A stretch of DNA of 46,994 nt from Candidatus Iainarchaeum sp. Lineage in GTDB: Archaea > Iainarchaeota > Iainarchaeia > Iainarchaeales > JAGVWC01. Below are positions 1 to 8,783 of the stretch, piece after piece (position 1 is the stretch's first letter; every line of letters starts with the position of its first letter). The translations under genes were made by a program, and so were the position numbers. The stretch covers positions 1 to 46,994 of the forward strand of contig JAGVWC010000014.1 in the NCBI GenBank assembly GCA_018304465.1, written 5' to 3'. Below the pieces are notes generated by a model. It saw nothing but the letters and a program-made list of their open reading frames with translations. It was not told the DNA's origin and did no database searches.

Positions 1-700
1 ACGCCTTTTCCTTTCTGGAATTCTTCGCCCACCAAGTTCAAAATGTCATCCTGGATCTGGAACGCGACTCCGATGGTTTCCCCGAATTTTCCAAGAGCGC
101 CCATTTGTTTTTCCGTTGCGCCACCAAGAATCGCTCCCAGTTTGGTCGCAAACCTGGCAAGCACTCCTGTTTTGTAACTGCACATCTGCAGGTACTCATC
201 TTCCGACACGTCGAATTTGTGTCCTTTGTGCCACCAGATATCCATGGCTTGTCCCACGGACACGCGCAGCATTTCCTGCCCATACAAATCCGTGATTTGT
301 TTGATCGTATGCTCGGGCAAACGATACGGATTGTTGTACAACAACGTCAAGGGCAAAAAATACATGGCCGCGCCGTCATTGACGGCCACGTCGATTCCGT
401 ACAGAATATGGGTGCAGGGTTTTCCGCGGCGCATCGTGGAATTGTCCTCGACATCGTCAGAAAGCAATGTCCCGTTATGTATAAGTTCTACCAATGGCGT
501 AAACCGCAGCGCTTGTTCTTTCGTCCCGCCTACGCTTTCGCAGGAAAGAATCGTCAACGCGGGCCGCCAGCGTTTTCCGCCGCGATCCAAAAACTCCCAG
601 ATCGGTTCCGCCATGGCTTTGGTCAAGGTTTCTTCATCGTACGCAAAATCTGCTTTTCGGGCTGCAACCCTTTCAAATACGATTCAATCGGATTATTCAT
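1..700 (-). CDS. Polyprenyl diphosphate synthase (trans-IPPS, IdsA/GGPPS-like family); runs off the window start; frame break near 659
   Basis: Manual translation (absent from the ORF track because there is no stop in the window): ...AEPIWEFLDRGGKRWRP...ELIHNGTLLSDDVEDNSTMRRGKPC (FARM)...YKTGVL...GVAFQIQDDILNL (SARM). The ATG at 700 overlaps the upstream gene's stop but is in a different frame from the catalytic body; the first in-frame ATG is at 614. Confidence 0.9.
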
Positions 701-2159
701 CTGAACCAATAATGTTTCCTGTGGTCTTTAAACCTTGCGGTGAAGACGATTGCGCTCCCAAACCCGTTAATTGTTTGGCAATCTGGTCGTCCAGTAACGC
801 CAAGAACAACTCCTTGTTTTTGGCTTCGATCTTTACACCGGCAGCAATTGCGTGCCCACCTCCTTCGTTGCCTTCCCCCAATTCATTGCAGATGACGCGA
901 AACGCTTTTCCCAAATTCAATCCGCGTCGCACCAGTTCCTTGGTCGCGCGACCTGACGCCTTGATGGATCCGTCTTCATAGCGTGAAAACGCGATAATGG
1001 CTTTTTCAAATCCAATGCTTCCGCTTCCATACATCATTCCGGCCACGATTCCAATGATTGAATCCGGAATCGTGTTTTCAGCGTCGAAAAAATAAAACCA
1101 TTTGTGTTCTTCCACTCCTTTTTGTTGCATGTATTCAATGCCGTTTCGAAGTTCTCGGCGATGGTTGGTCAGCATTGCCAATGCCGTGTGATACGCGTCG
1201 CCGCGATTTCCCATTGCCACTGCCAATCCAATATCGGATTTTTTCCATCGTCCCGTGGCGTTCAAGACGGTTCCGAATTCTTTGGCATCGCGAAGCGGGG
1301 AATCCGTGGGTTCGATTGAAATCGAATACACTTCGCCAATTAATTCCTTGATTTTCCATTCGGAAACATCATGCGAATACAAATGAAGAATCAACGCACT
1401 CGAGAGACGCTTTTTTTCCTCGGAAGACAATTCTTCGTAGCTTCGGTAATGCGCTCCGTCTTGCAAAGGAATTTTTAGATTTTCCAAAAAAGACCTGCAA
1501 TTGGGTTCGTTGGCGGTTAATTGCGGCAACACGGGGCTTGTGGCAAACGAAAGAAACTGGGTCAAGGGTCTTGAGATGCGTCCGTACAACCGCAAATCGA
1601 TTTTTCGGTCCAGTACGCCGGCTTGGATTCCATCGTCCGCCACTTTGGTGTTTAATCCGATCAATTTCCCTTCGCCGTCCTGCATGTCGCCCATGGCCCC
1701 CACGACCCCAAGATAGGCAAGATCCTGGTTCTTAGGGTCCACGGTTTTTGAAAACAAATAGCACAGTCCCGCCGCGGACAATTCCGTTCCGCCGTTAAAA
1801 CCAAACAACAAAGGATTGCAATGCAACTCATGCAAAACCGGCAGTGGCTGGTGGTGATCCAACACAAAAAAATTTTCTCCAAACGTTTCTCTTAAAAAAT
1901 TTAGTTGACCCGATCCGAAATCGCAAAAAAAATAATTCGGTCCCATGGCTTTGATTTGTTCCACGTGCTCGGGATACAACTGCTTTAGAATCAAAGTCTG
2001 GTATGACATACCCAAGCGATTCATAACGGTAGCAATAATGGCCGCACTTGAGAGACCATCCGCATCGTGGTTGCTTATCAGGGCCCATTGATCGCGTTTT
2101 TTGAATTCGACGGCCATTTGTTCTAATTTGGCGGATAAAGCGTCCCAATTTGGTTCCAT
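693..2159 (-). CDS. DHH family phosphoesterase, archaeal RecJ-like (GAN/HAN-type) nuclease
   Basis: Motifs NHDADG, CDFGSG, LDHH, GAMGD and C-terminal DHHA1 GGGHAIAAG; 488 aa. Confidence 0.9.
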   Translation of the reverse strand: MEPNWDALSAKLEQMAVEFKKRDQWALISNHDADGLSSAAIIATVMNRLGMSYQTLILKQLYPEHVEQIKAMGPNYFFCDFGSGQLNFLRETFGENFFVLDHHQPLPVLHELHCNPLLFGFNGGTELSAAGLCYLFSKTVDPKNQDLAYLGVVGAMGDMQDGEGKLIGLNTKVADDGIQAGVLDRKIDLRLYGRISRPLTQFLSFATSPVLPQLTANEPNCRSFLENLKIPLQDGAHYRSYEELSSEEKKRLSSALILHLYSHDVSEWKIKELIGEVYSISIEPTDSPLRDAKEFGTVLNATGRWKKSDIGLAVAMGNRGDAYHTALAMLTNHRRELRNGIEYMQQKGVEEHKWFYFFDAENTIPDSIIGIVAGMMYGSGSIGFEKAIIAFSRYEDGSIKASGRATKELVRRGLNLGKAFRVICNELGEGNEGGGHAIAAGVKIEAKNKELFLALLDDQIAKQLTGLGAQSSSPQGLKTTGNIIGSDE

Positions 2160-2219
2160 TATCTAATTGAACCTGGGGGATATTAAAAACCAAGGGGGGT
2201 GGATTGCCGCTAAATCGGC

Positions 2220-4208
2220 TTAATCAGCGCCTGAAAGCATGTTCCCGATCCGTCCGAGAATGTTGATCGGGTTTTCGAACGCCTGGGCGCGCTCCGTCAG
2301 CTTTTGTTTTTGTTTTGTCAAATCTTCAAGGATCGAATTGACTTTGTCCTGTCCATCGGCCGGTAAATCGTTTTTGAGTGCTTCAAGCGCCCCGATTTTT
2401 TGATCCAGTTCGAGGTTGATCCGTTTGATTTCATCCGAATACTTTGAATCGCCCGTGATCACTTCGATGACCCCGACTTTTTGTTTGGCTTGATCGATTT
2501 CTTCCTGTTTTTTGCTTAAATCAAACGCCGCGGTCTCGAAACCACTGCCAAAGGTCTCGGATGAACTGTTTTCCGATTCCGTGTATAAATCGAGTGCAGA
2601 CTTTAGCAATCCGCGGGCTTGTTGCGAACCCGTGGATTTGAGCACAATGAACTGGCAGCGTTTGGACACGAAATCCGTCACCAGTTGCTTGACGCTTTCA
2701 GTGGTTGACAATTCCATGCAACTGTCCGTGATTTCTTCCTTGAAATCGCAGTATTCGCCGTAATTGAGGATACATGCTTCCTGGCGGAATTCCATTTCAC
2801 TTACCATGCGTTCCATCTCGTCCACTCTTGTTTGGGCATCCATCGCACATTGCGCCGACACTTCGTCATCAGATGGACCAAAACCGCCCATGCTATCCTT
2901 CATCTTGGTCTTCAATGCGTCATCGCTTAAACTGCAGTCTTCCATTGACAATGGCCCTCTTCCGGGTCCGCCCATCTGTTGTACGACGCTCCTGTCCTCT
3001 TGCGGCCCGTATTGGGGATTGGTTCCTGATCGGATACAGTTTCCCATTCGATTCGGATCCGGATATTCTCCTGCCGGGCAGTTGACTTTTTGGTTTTGAC
3101 CATACTGTGAAGACTCGTATTCTGTTCGGCCTTGAGAACCGTCTCCGCCGGATATGCGCTCCAACAGCGGCTGTTGAGTTTTGCTTTCCTGCAATTCAAG
3201 GTTCAAAAATCCGTTGATCGTGTTTGGAATCCAATTTATCATCGTGTCGACGATTCCCGCTGCGTTACCTTCTTCACCGCTTGTTGTTGACGCACCGCTG
3301 TCACCCGTATTGGTTTCAATGGGTGGTGTCGGTTCTGCTGGTGGAGAAGGACTGTCCGAAGGCGGAGGCGTTTCACTGCTTGGCGGAGGCGACTCGTTTT
3401 GGGGCGGCTGATACGGTTGCGAAGAAATACACCCTCCTCGGCCATCCGGCTGCGTTCCGGGTCCACACACCATGGGTTGATTCGGCTGCGGATAATTATT
3501 TTGGGGTTGCGGCTGGTTCCAGCGGTTTTGCTCCATTTGCCGGCGCTGTTCTTCTTGTTGCTGTCGCTGGGTTTCGAATTCTTTTTCGCGGTTGCATTGT
3601 TCGCGAAAACGCGTCACTTCCTTGTCAAGCTGCTGATTCATGCGTTCTTGTTCGCGACCGATTTCCTTGCCAGCCATGAGTTTACAGATGCCGACCACTT
3701 GGTCCGATGTCATCGGAAACGTCAATGAAATTCCCGCTTCTTGCGCGGCTCTTTTCACGTCTTGCGGAAACGGAATCTCTTTTTTGGAAAACGCCGTACA
3801 AATTTTTTCAGCATCACAACTGGCCGCATTGCTCGCCGAGCGATTGCAGAAATCCGTAACGCTGGAGCTGTTGGCGGTGTAACTTTCCATGATCCGATCA
3901 ATGAGTTCGTCTTGTTTTTCTTCGACACACAACGACTTGAATTCTCTGCGGATCTTTGAAGACGCACGCAAGATCAAGGTTCCGATCTTGGTTTCCACAT
4001 AGTGCCGGCTGTCCAGTCCAAACATATTCGGGCCGGTTCCAAAGTCGGTTTCAAGCCCGCCGTTTCGCACTTCGCCGCTTACATCCATCGAGCGGTCAGG
4101 CGCCGAGTTTGGATATCCAAAAGGCGTCTGTACAAATTCTTGAGCCATTACCGTGCCTAGAAAAAGAACGCCGATGCAAACTAAAAACAATGAACGATTA
4201 AACGCCAT
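2220..4208 (-). CDS. Secreted Cys-rich, helical/coiled-coil hypothetical protein with a central Pro/Gln/Ser low-complexity region
   Basis: ATG at 4208 gives the signal peptide MAFNRSLFLVCIGVLFLGTVMAQE; TATA-like TTTATA ~25 nt upstream; many Cys; no C-terminal TM segment. Confidence 0.8.
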   Translation of the reverse strand: MAFNRSLFLVCIGVLFLGTVMAQEFVQTPFGYPNSAPDRSMDVSGEVRNGGLETDFGTGPNMFGLDSRHYVETKIGTLILRASSKIRREFKSLCVEEKQDELIDRIMESYTANSSSVTDFCNRSASNAASCDAEKICTAFSKKEIPFPQDVKRAAQEAGISLTFPMTSDQVVGICKLMAGKEIGREQERMNQQLDKEVTRFREQCNREKEFETQRQQQEEQRRQMEQNRWNQPQPQNNYPQPNQPMVCGPGTQPDGRGGCISSQPYQPPQNESPPPSSETPPPSDSPSPPAEPTPPIETNTGDSGASTTSGEEGNAAGIVDTMINWIPNTINGFLNLELQESKTQQPLLERISGGDGSQGRTEYESSQYGQNQKVNCPAGEYPDPNRMGNCIRSGTNPQYGPQEDRSVVQQMGGPGRGPLSMEDCSLSDDALKTKMKDSMGGFGPSDDEVSAQCAMDAQTRVDEMERMVSEMEFRQEACILNYGEYCDFKEEITDSCMELSTTESVKQLVTDFVSKRCQFIVLKSTGSQQARGLLKSALDLYTESENSSSETFGSGFETAAFDLSKKQEEIDQAKQKVGVIEVITGDSKYSDEIKRINLELDQKIGALEALKNDLPADGQDKVNSILEDLTKQKQKLTERAQAFENPINILGRIGNMLSGAD

Positions 4209-4351
4209 GCTTGAGAAAAGTAAAAAGAAGTATAAATGCGTTCCGGTTTGGAAATTGCATTGTTTTTTTTTGGTTTTGACCTCTGTCCGCAAAAAAGGTC
4301 TCAGGAGGCTTCTTCCCTACGGGGTTTTTTCAAACCGAAGAAGGGCTGATT

Positions 4352-4570
4352 TTAGCCGATTTCCCAGCGGTAACGGAAATATCCGAACGAAACCAAGAGT
4401 CCAAACAAAACCGCCAAAAAAATCAACGAAAGCCCGGTTTCTTGCGGCACGCCTTTGAACAAAAAACCCGCCATCAATCCGCCGATCAGCAATCCGAATA
4501 TCCAGGAGCACACTTGTTTTAGGCGTTTTTCTTCAAAATTGACGGACTTGGTTTGGCTTGTTTGATTCAC
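4352..4570 (-). CDS. Small membrane protein (two TM helices)
   Basis: GTG start after GGAG; two hydrophobic segments (WIFGLLIGGLMAGFLF and LSLIFLAVLFGLLVSFGYF). Confidence 0.6.
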   Translation of the reverse strand: MNQTSQTKSVNFEEKRLKQVCSWIFGLLIGGLMAGFLFKGVPQETGLSLIFLAVLFGLLVSFGYFRYRWEIG

Positions 4571-4716
4571 GCAAATACGACTCCGAAACGTTAGGGCCTG
4601 TTCACCAAACGCTTTTTGTGATATAAAAAGGTTTCGAATCAACGCCTTTGCTTCTCATCGCCTTTTGAAAAAGGTTTTATAGCCCTGCAGTGCCTAATAT
4701 GTATGGTTTTAACCCC

Positions 4717-6048
4717 ATGGGACTTCTTTCCAACGCACGCAAATTCCTGGCCCAACTTTTTTCAGGTCGCACGCCAAAACCCGTGGAACTATCCTTTGTC
4801 GAAGTCGAAGCCTGGGTCGCCAAAACCAGTGAACAGGAATTCGGATCGCTTTCCAACAACGCGATCACGCGTTTCTCCGAAATCCGATTTCTCACGTCGC
4901 AACTAAAAATCGGTTTTTCGGCCTTGAAAACCCAACCGATCGAAACCCAAAAAGGAAACCCCGCGTTACGCAAAGTGGTGTCGTCGTCCCAGCACGCGCT
5001 ATCCGAACGCATGGATCATTTGCTTTCAAAACTCGAGCCACCGCGACTCGTTGATTTTTCGACGGTATCCACTTACTGTCTGACCGCGTATCCGGTGCTT
5101 CAAAAAGAAATTCTTTCCATGCGAAAAGACATTGCGTACACCGGGATTTTGCTTCAAAAAGAAGTCAAAGGCATCGGGGAAAACTTCGCGGAACTCGAAC
5201 AAATCCTTTCCGAATTATTCAAAGCGTTTTCCGAAAGCCCCGTTACTTCGGTTTTGCCCAGCGTATCCGCGGGAATCCGCCGCATCAAAGAACTGCAGGA
5301 CAAAAACCGGGAAATCAAAACCGAAACAAGCCGGTTACGTTCCGCGCAACTTGAACTCGAACAAGAACATTCGGACGTGGAAAAAAAATACCAAAGCGAA
5401 ACCGATTCTTCCACGGCCCAACGCTTAACTGCACTCAAAAAATCGTTCGATGAACTGCTGCAAGAACAACAAGAACTCGAACAACAGCTCTTGGTGCGTT
5501 TGGAACCCGTGGACAAACCGCTTCGACGCCTCTATCAAATGGTGGAATCCAAAACCGAACAAAACGAATCGGTTTTGCTTCGCCAAGAACTCGCGTTGTA
5601 TCTGTCCACTCTCACGCGAAGCCCATCTTCCGCGTTCAAAAGCGATCCCAAAGGCGTTTTATTCAAGGAAATTCTTGTCGAACTAAAACAAGCCATCGAT
5701 TCCGACGTCATTCATTTGAAAGAAAAGGAAAAAGAGCGCGCGATCCAAGCCATTTTCGCCTTGGCGGAATACGATTTTTTCGACCAGTTTTTTTGGAAAC
5801 ACAACAAATGCGAAGTTGAAAAACAAAAAATCGAAAAAGAACTCAAATCATCGGTTTTTTTCATGAACCTGCAAGCCATCGAAACCGAATTGAAACGATT
5901 ACAAGACCGAAAAAAAAATATTGAAACCGAACAAAGCAAATTACACGCGGCACTGGAAAAAAACCGAACCGAAATCAGCCGCGACGCAAAACAACTCGGC
6001 GAATTGCTGTCTTCAATTCGCGGCGGACCGGTGTCGGTTCTTATTTAG
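4717..6048 (+). CDS. Hypothetical coiled-coil protein
   Basis: Long ORF with host-like codon usage and E/K/Q/L-rich heptad segments. Start is uncertain (GTG 4690, ATG 4699 or ATG 4717). Confidence 0.75.
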   Translation: MGLLSNARKFLAQLFSGRTPKPVELSFVEVEAWVAKTSEQEFGSLSNNAITRFSEIRFLTSQLKIGFSALKTQPIETQKGNPALRKVVSSSQHALSERMDHLLSKLEPPRLVDFSTVSTYCLTAYPVLQKEILSMRKDIAYTGILLQKEVKGIGENFAELEQILSELFKAFSESPVTSVLPSVSAGIRRIKELQDKNREIKTETSRLRSAQLELEQEHSDVEKKYQSETDSSTAQRLTALKKSFDELLQEQQELEQQLLVRLEPVDKPLRRLYQMVESKTEQNESVLLRQELALYLSTLTRSPSSAFKSDPKGVLFKEILVELKQAIDSDVIHLKEKEKERAIQAIFALAEYDFFDQFFWKHNKCEVEKQKIEKELKSSVFFMNLQAIETELKRLQDRKKNIETEQSKLHAALEKNRTEISRDAKQLGELLSSIRGGPVSVLI

Positions 6049-8458
6049 TTTTCGAATGCAACGCTTTTTCTTTTTTCGCGATCACCTGCTTGGTCTTGAT
6101 CACGGTATCCGGATTGAGCGAAATCGAATCGATTCCTTGTTCCACCAAAAACTCGGCGAAATCCGGAAAGTCGCTGGGTGCCTGACCGCAAATCCCGATT
6201 TTCTTGTGATGCATTTTCGCTGTCCGAATCACTTGTGCGATCAGTTTTTTGACCGCGGGATCTTTTTCATTCGAAATTCCCGCTACGGTTTCGCCGTCGC
6301 GGTCAAGTCCTAACGTCAATTGCGTCAAGTCGTTCGAACCGATCGAAAACCCGTCAAACACCTTCGCGAACTCGTCCGCTAAAATGACGTTGGACGGAAT
6401 TTCGCACATCACGTAGACTTCAAGGCCTTTTTCGTGCTGGTGCAAACCGTTTTTCTTCATTTCCGCAATGACTTTCTTTCCTTCGTTCACCGTTCGGCAA
6501 AACGGGATCATGACCTTCAAATTATGCAGTCCCATGTCGTTTCGGACTTTTAACACGGCTTTGCATTCCAATCCGAAGGCTTCCCGGAAATTATCCGAAT
6601 AATAGCGCGAAGCTCCACGCCAGCCGATCATGGGGTTTTCTTCTTTTGGTTCGAACTCTCGTCCCCCGATCAGATTGGCGTATTCGTTGGTTTTGAAATC
6701 CGAAAACCGTAAAATCACGGGTTTGGGATAAAACGCGGCCGCGATTTTCGAGATTCCTTCGGCCAAGCGGTCGACGTAAAACTGTTTTTTGTCGTCGTAT
6801 CCTTCCGTCAACTCGACGATTTTTTTCTTGGCATCCAAATCCTTGAGTTCGTCAAAATGAATCAACGCGTTCGGATGCACTTTCAAATACGACGTCACGA
6901 TGAATTCTTCGCGCGCCAATCCGACGCCGTCGTTTGGAATTCCCGCGAATTCAAACGCTTCATCGGGATTACCTACGTTCATCATGATCTGGGTTTTGGT
7001 TTTTGGAACATTCGTCAAATCAAACCGCTTGATTTCAAAGTCCAGCACGCCTTCGTATACTTTTCCGGCTTCGCCTTCCGAACACACGACCGTGACGCCT
7101 TTACCGGTCTTGATGACTTCAGTCGCCGTCTTGGTTCCAACCACCGCGGGAATCCCGAGTTCCCGTGACACGATCGCGGCGTGGCTTGTTCGGCCGCCGC
7201 GGTTGGTTACGATTGCCGACGCGATTTTCATGATCGGTTCCCAATCCGGATCCGTGGTGTCCGTAATCAACACTTCGCCTTTTTGGAATTCCGAAATCTT
7301 GGACGCGTCCTTGATCACGCGCGCGCGGCCGCTTCCGATACGGGAACCAATCGCTTCGCCTTCAATCAAGAGTTTTCCTTTTCGCTTTAACACGTATTCT
7401 TCCAGAATGTTTTTTTTGCGCTGGCTTTGCACGGTTTCGGGTCGCGCCTGCACAATGAACAATTGTCCGGTTTCGCCGTCTTTGGCCCATTCCATGTCCA
7501 TGGGTTTGTCATGACCCGCTTTTTTGGCGTAATGCTCTTCAATAATGACGCCCCACGATGCAAGCTGGATGATTTCCGCTTCGTTTAACACGAATTGTCT
7601 TCGCTCTTTTTCGCTCGTTGAAATGGTTTTGATGGGTTTGAGACTATCGTGGCTGTAAATGATTTTGATGGCTTTTTCGCCGAGCTTTTTGGTTAAGATC
7701 GGTTTGTATCCTTGTTTTAACGTGGGCTTGAACACCACGAATTGATCGGGATTCACGGATCCTTGCACCACGCTTTCCCCAAGACCCCACGCGCCGTTGA
7801 TCAAAACGATCTGGTCAAAACCCGTTTCGGTGTCGATGGTAAACATGACGCCGCTGGACGCCAAATCGCTTCGCACCATTTTTTGAACTCCGACCGACAA
7901 TGCGATCGAAAAATGATCATAATGCTTGTCTTCGCGATACGAAATCGCGCGGTTGGTAAAAAGCGACGCGAAGCATTTTTTGGTGGCAATCACCACGTCT
8001 TCGGCGCCTCGAATATTCAGAAACGTTTCCTGTTGGCCGGCAAAACTCGCGTCCGGCAAGTCTTCGGCGGTCGCGCTGGATCGCACCGCGGTGTCCACAC
8101 CTTTTCCGTACTGCAGTTCCAGTTGGTGATACGCCGCGGTAATCACCTGTTCAATTTCGACGGGTAGCTTCGTTTTTAGGATCATCTGGCGGATCGCATG
8201 GCCTTTTTGCATCAGCTGTTTGATGTTATGCGTATCGAGTCCCTTGAGTTCATGGCGAATCCGCTCTTTAAGACCGGTTTTTTCAACAAAAAAACGATAC
8301 GCTTGCGATGTCACCGCAAAACCATTGGGAATCCGAACGCCTTTTGGTGTTAATAACCGAAACATTTCTCCCAAAGACGCGTTTTTTCCACCGACCAAAG
8401 GCACGTCTTCGATTCCCAGTTGTTCAAACCAGAGAATAAACTGTTCATTTTTCTTCAT
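6041..8458 (-). CDS. ppsA: Phosphoenolpyruvate synthase (pyruvate,water dikinase)
   Basis: VGGKNASLGEM, AVRSSATAEDLPDASFAGQQETFLN, phospho-His motif GGRTSHAAIVSRELG, FSIGSNDLTQL, GICGQ; GGTGA SD upstream. Confidence 0.97.
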   Translation of the reverse strand: MKKNEQFILWFEQLGIEDVPLVGGKNASLGEMFRLLTPKGVRIPNGFAVTSQAYRFFVEKTGLKERIRHELKGLDTHNIKQLMQKGHAIRQMILKTKLPVEIEQVITAAYHQLELQYGKGVDTAVRSSATAEDLPDASFAGQQETFLNIRGAEDVVIATKKCFASLFTNRAISYREDKHYDHFSIALSVGVQKMVRSDLASSGVMFTIDTETGFDQIVLINGAWGLGESVVQGSVNPDQFVVFKPTLKQGYKPILTKKLGEKAIKIIYSHDSLKPIKTISTSEKERRQFVLNEAEIIQLASWGVIIEEHYAKKAGHDKPMDMEWAKDGETGQLFIVQARPETVQSQRKKNILEEYVLKRKGKLLIEGEAIGSRIGSGRARVIKDASKISEFQKGEVLITDTTDPDWEPIMKIASAIVTNRGGRTSHAAIVSRELGIPAVVGTKTATEVIKTGKGVTVVCSEGEAGKVYEGVLDFEIKRFDLTNVPKTKTQIMMNVGNPDEAFEFAGIPNDGVGLAREEFIVTSYLKVHPNALIHFDELKDLDAKKKIVELTEGYDDKKQFYVDRLAEGISKIAAAFYPKPVILRFSDFKTNEYANLIGGREFEPKEENPMIGWRGASRYYSDNFREAFGLECKAVLKVRNDMGLHNLKVMIPFCRTVNEGKKVIAEMKKNGLHQHEKGLEVYVMCEIPSNVILADEFAKVFDGFSIGSNDLTQLTLGLDRDGETVAGISNEKDPAVKKLIAQVIRTAKMHHKKIGICGQAPSDFPDFAEFLVEQGIDSISLNPDTVIKTKQVIAKKEKALHSKTK

Positions 8459-8551
8459 GCGCTAATCACCAAACCGTGTAACAGAATGTTTTTTCTGGTT
8501 TTTAAGAATGGTGGTCGAAACCCGTGCCGAAAAAAACGGAAAAGAGTTTTG

Positions 8552-8576
8552 GAAAAAAAAAGGCCGTTGACGGTCA
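8552..8576 (-). terminator. Probable terminator (short hairpin plus U-tract) after the lipoprotein gene
   Basis: Minus strand reads GACCGTCAACGGCC followed by a long T run. Confidence 0.4.
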
Positions 8577-8594
8577 AAAACGAATCAACCGGAA

Positions 8595-8783
8595 TCAGAA
8601 CGGCAATTGGGTCGGCATGTCGTCGCCGGAATTCGCGTCCGGAAACGGAATATCCGAGTCAGCGGGGCTTTGCCCGTTCGAATCGTTGTTTTGATCCGGA
8701 TTGTTTGCGGGCGGAAAAGTCGTGCATCCGGCCAGCAACAATACGATCAACAAACCCACAGCAATCATTGTCCAGTTATTCAT
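8595..8783 (-). CDS. Small lipoprotein with an acidic, Pro-rich disordered tail
   Basis: Hydrophobic N-terminus ending in lipobox LLAG-C; ATGA overlap with the upstream gene's stop. Confidence 0.7.
   Translation of the reverse strand: MNNWTMIAVGLLIVLLLAGCTTFPPANNPDQNNDSNGQSPADSDIPFPDANSGDDMPTQLPF

Noticed and set aside
105-981. Plus-strand ORFs 105-704 and 217-981
   Set aside because: Antisense shadows of the polyprenyl synthase and RecJ-like genes, which carry clear motifs on the minus strand.
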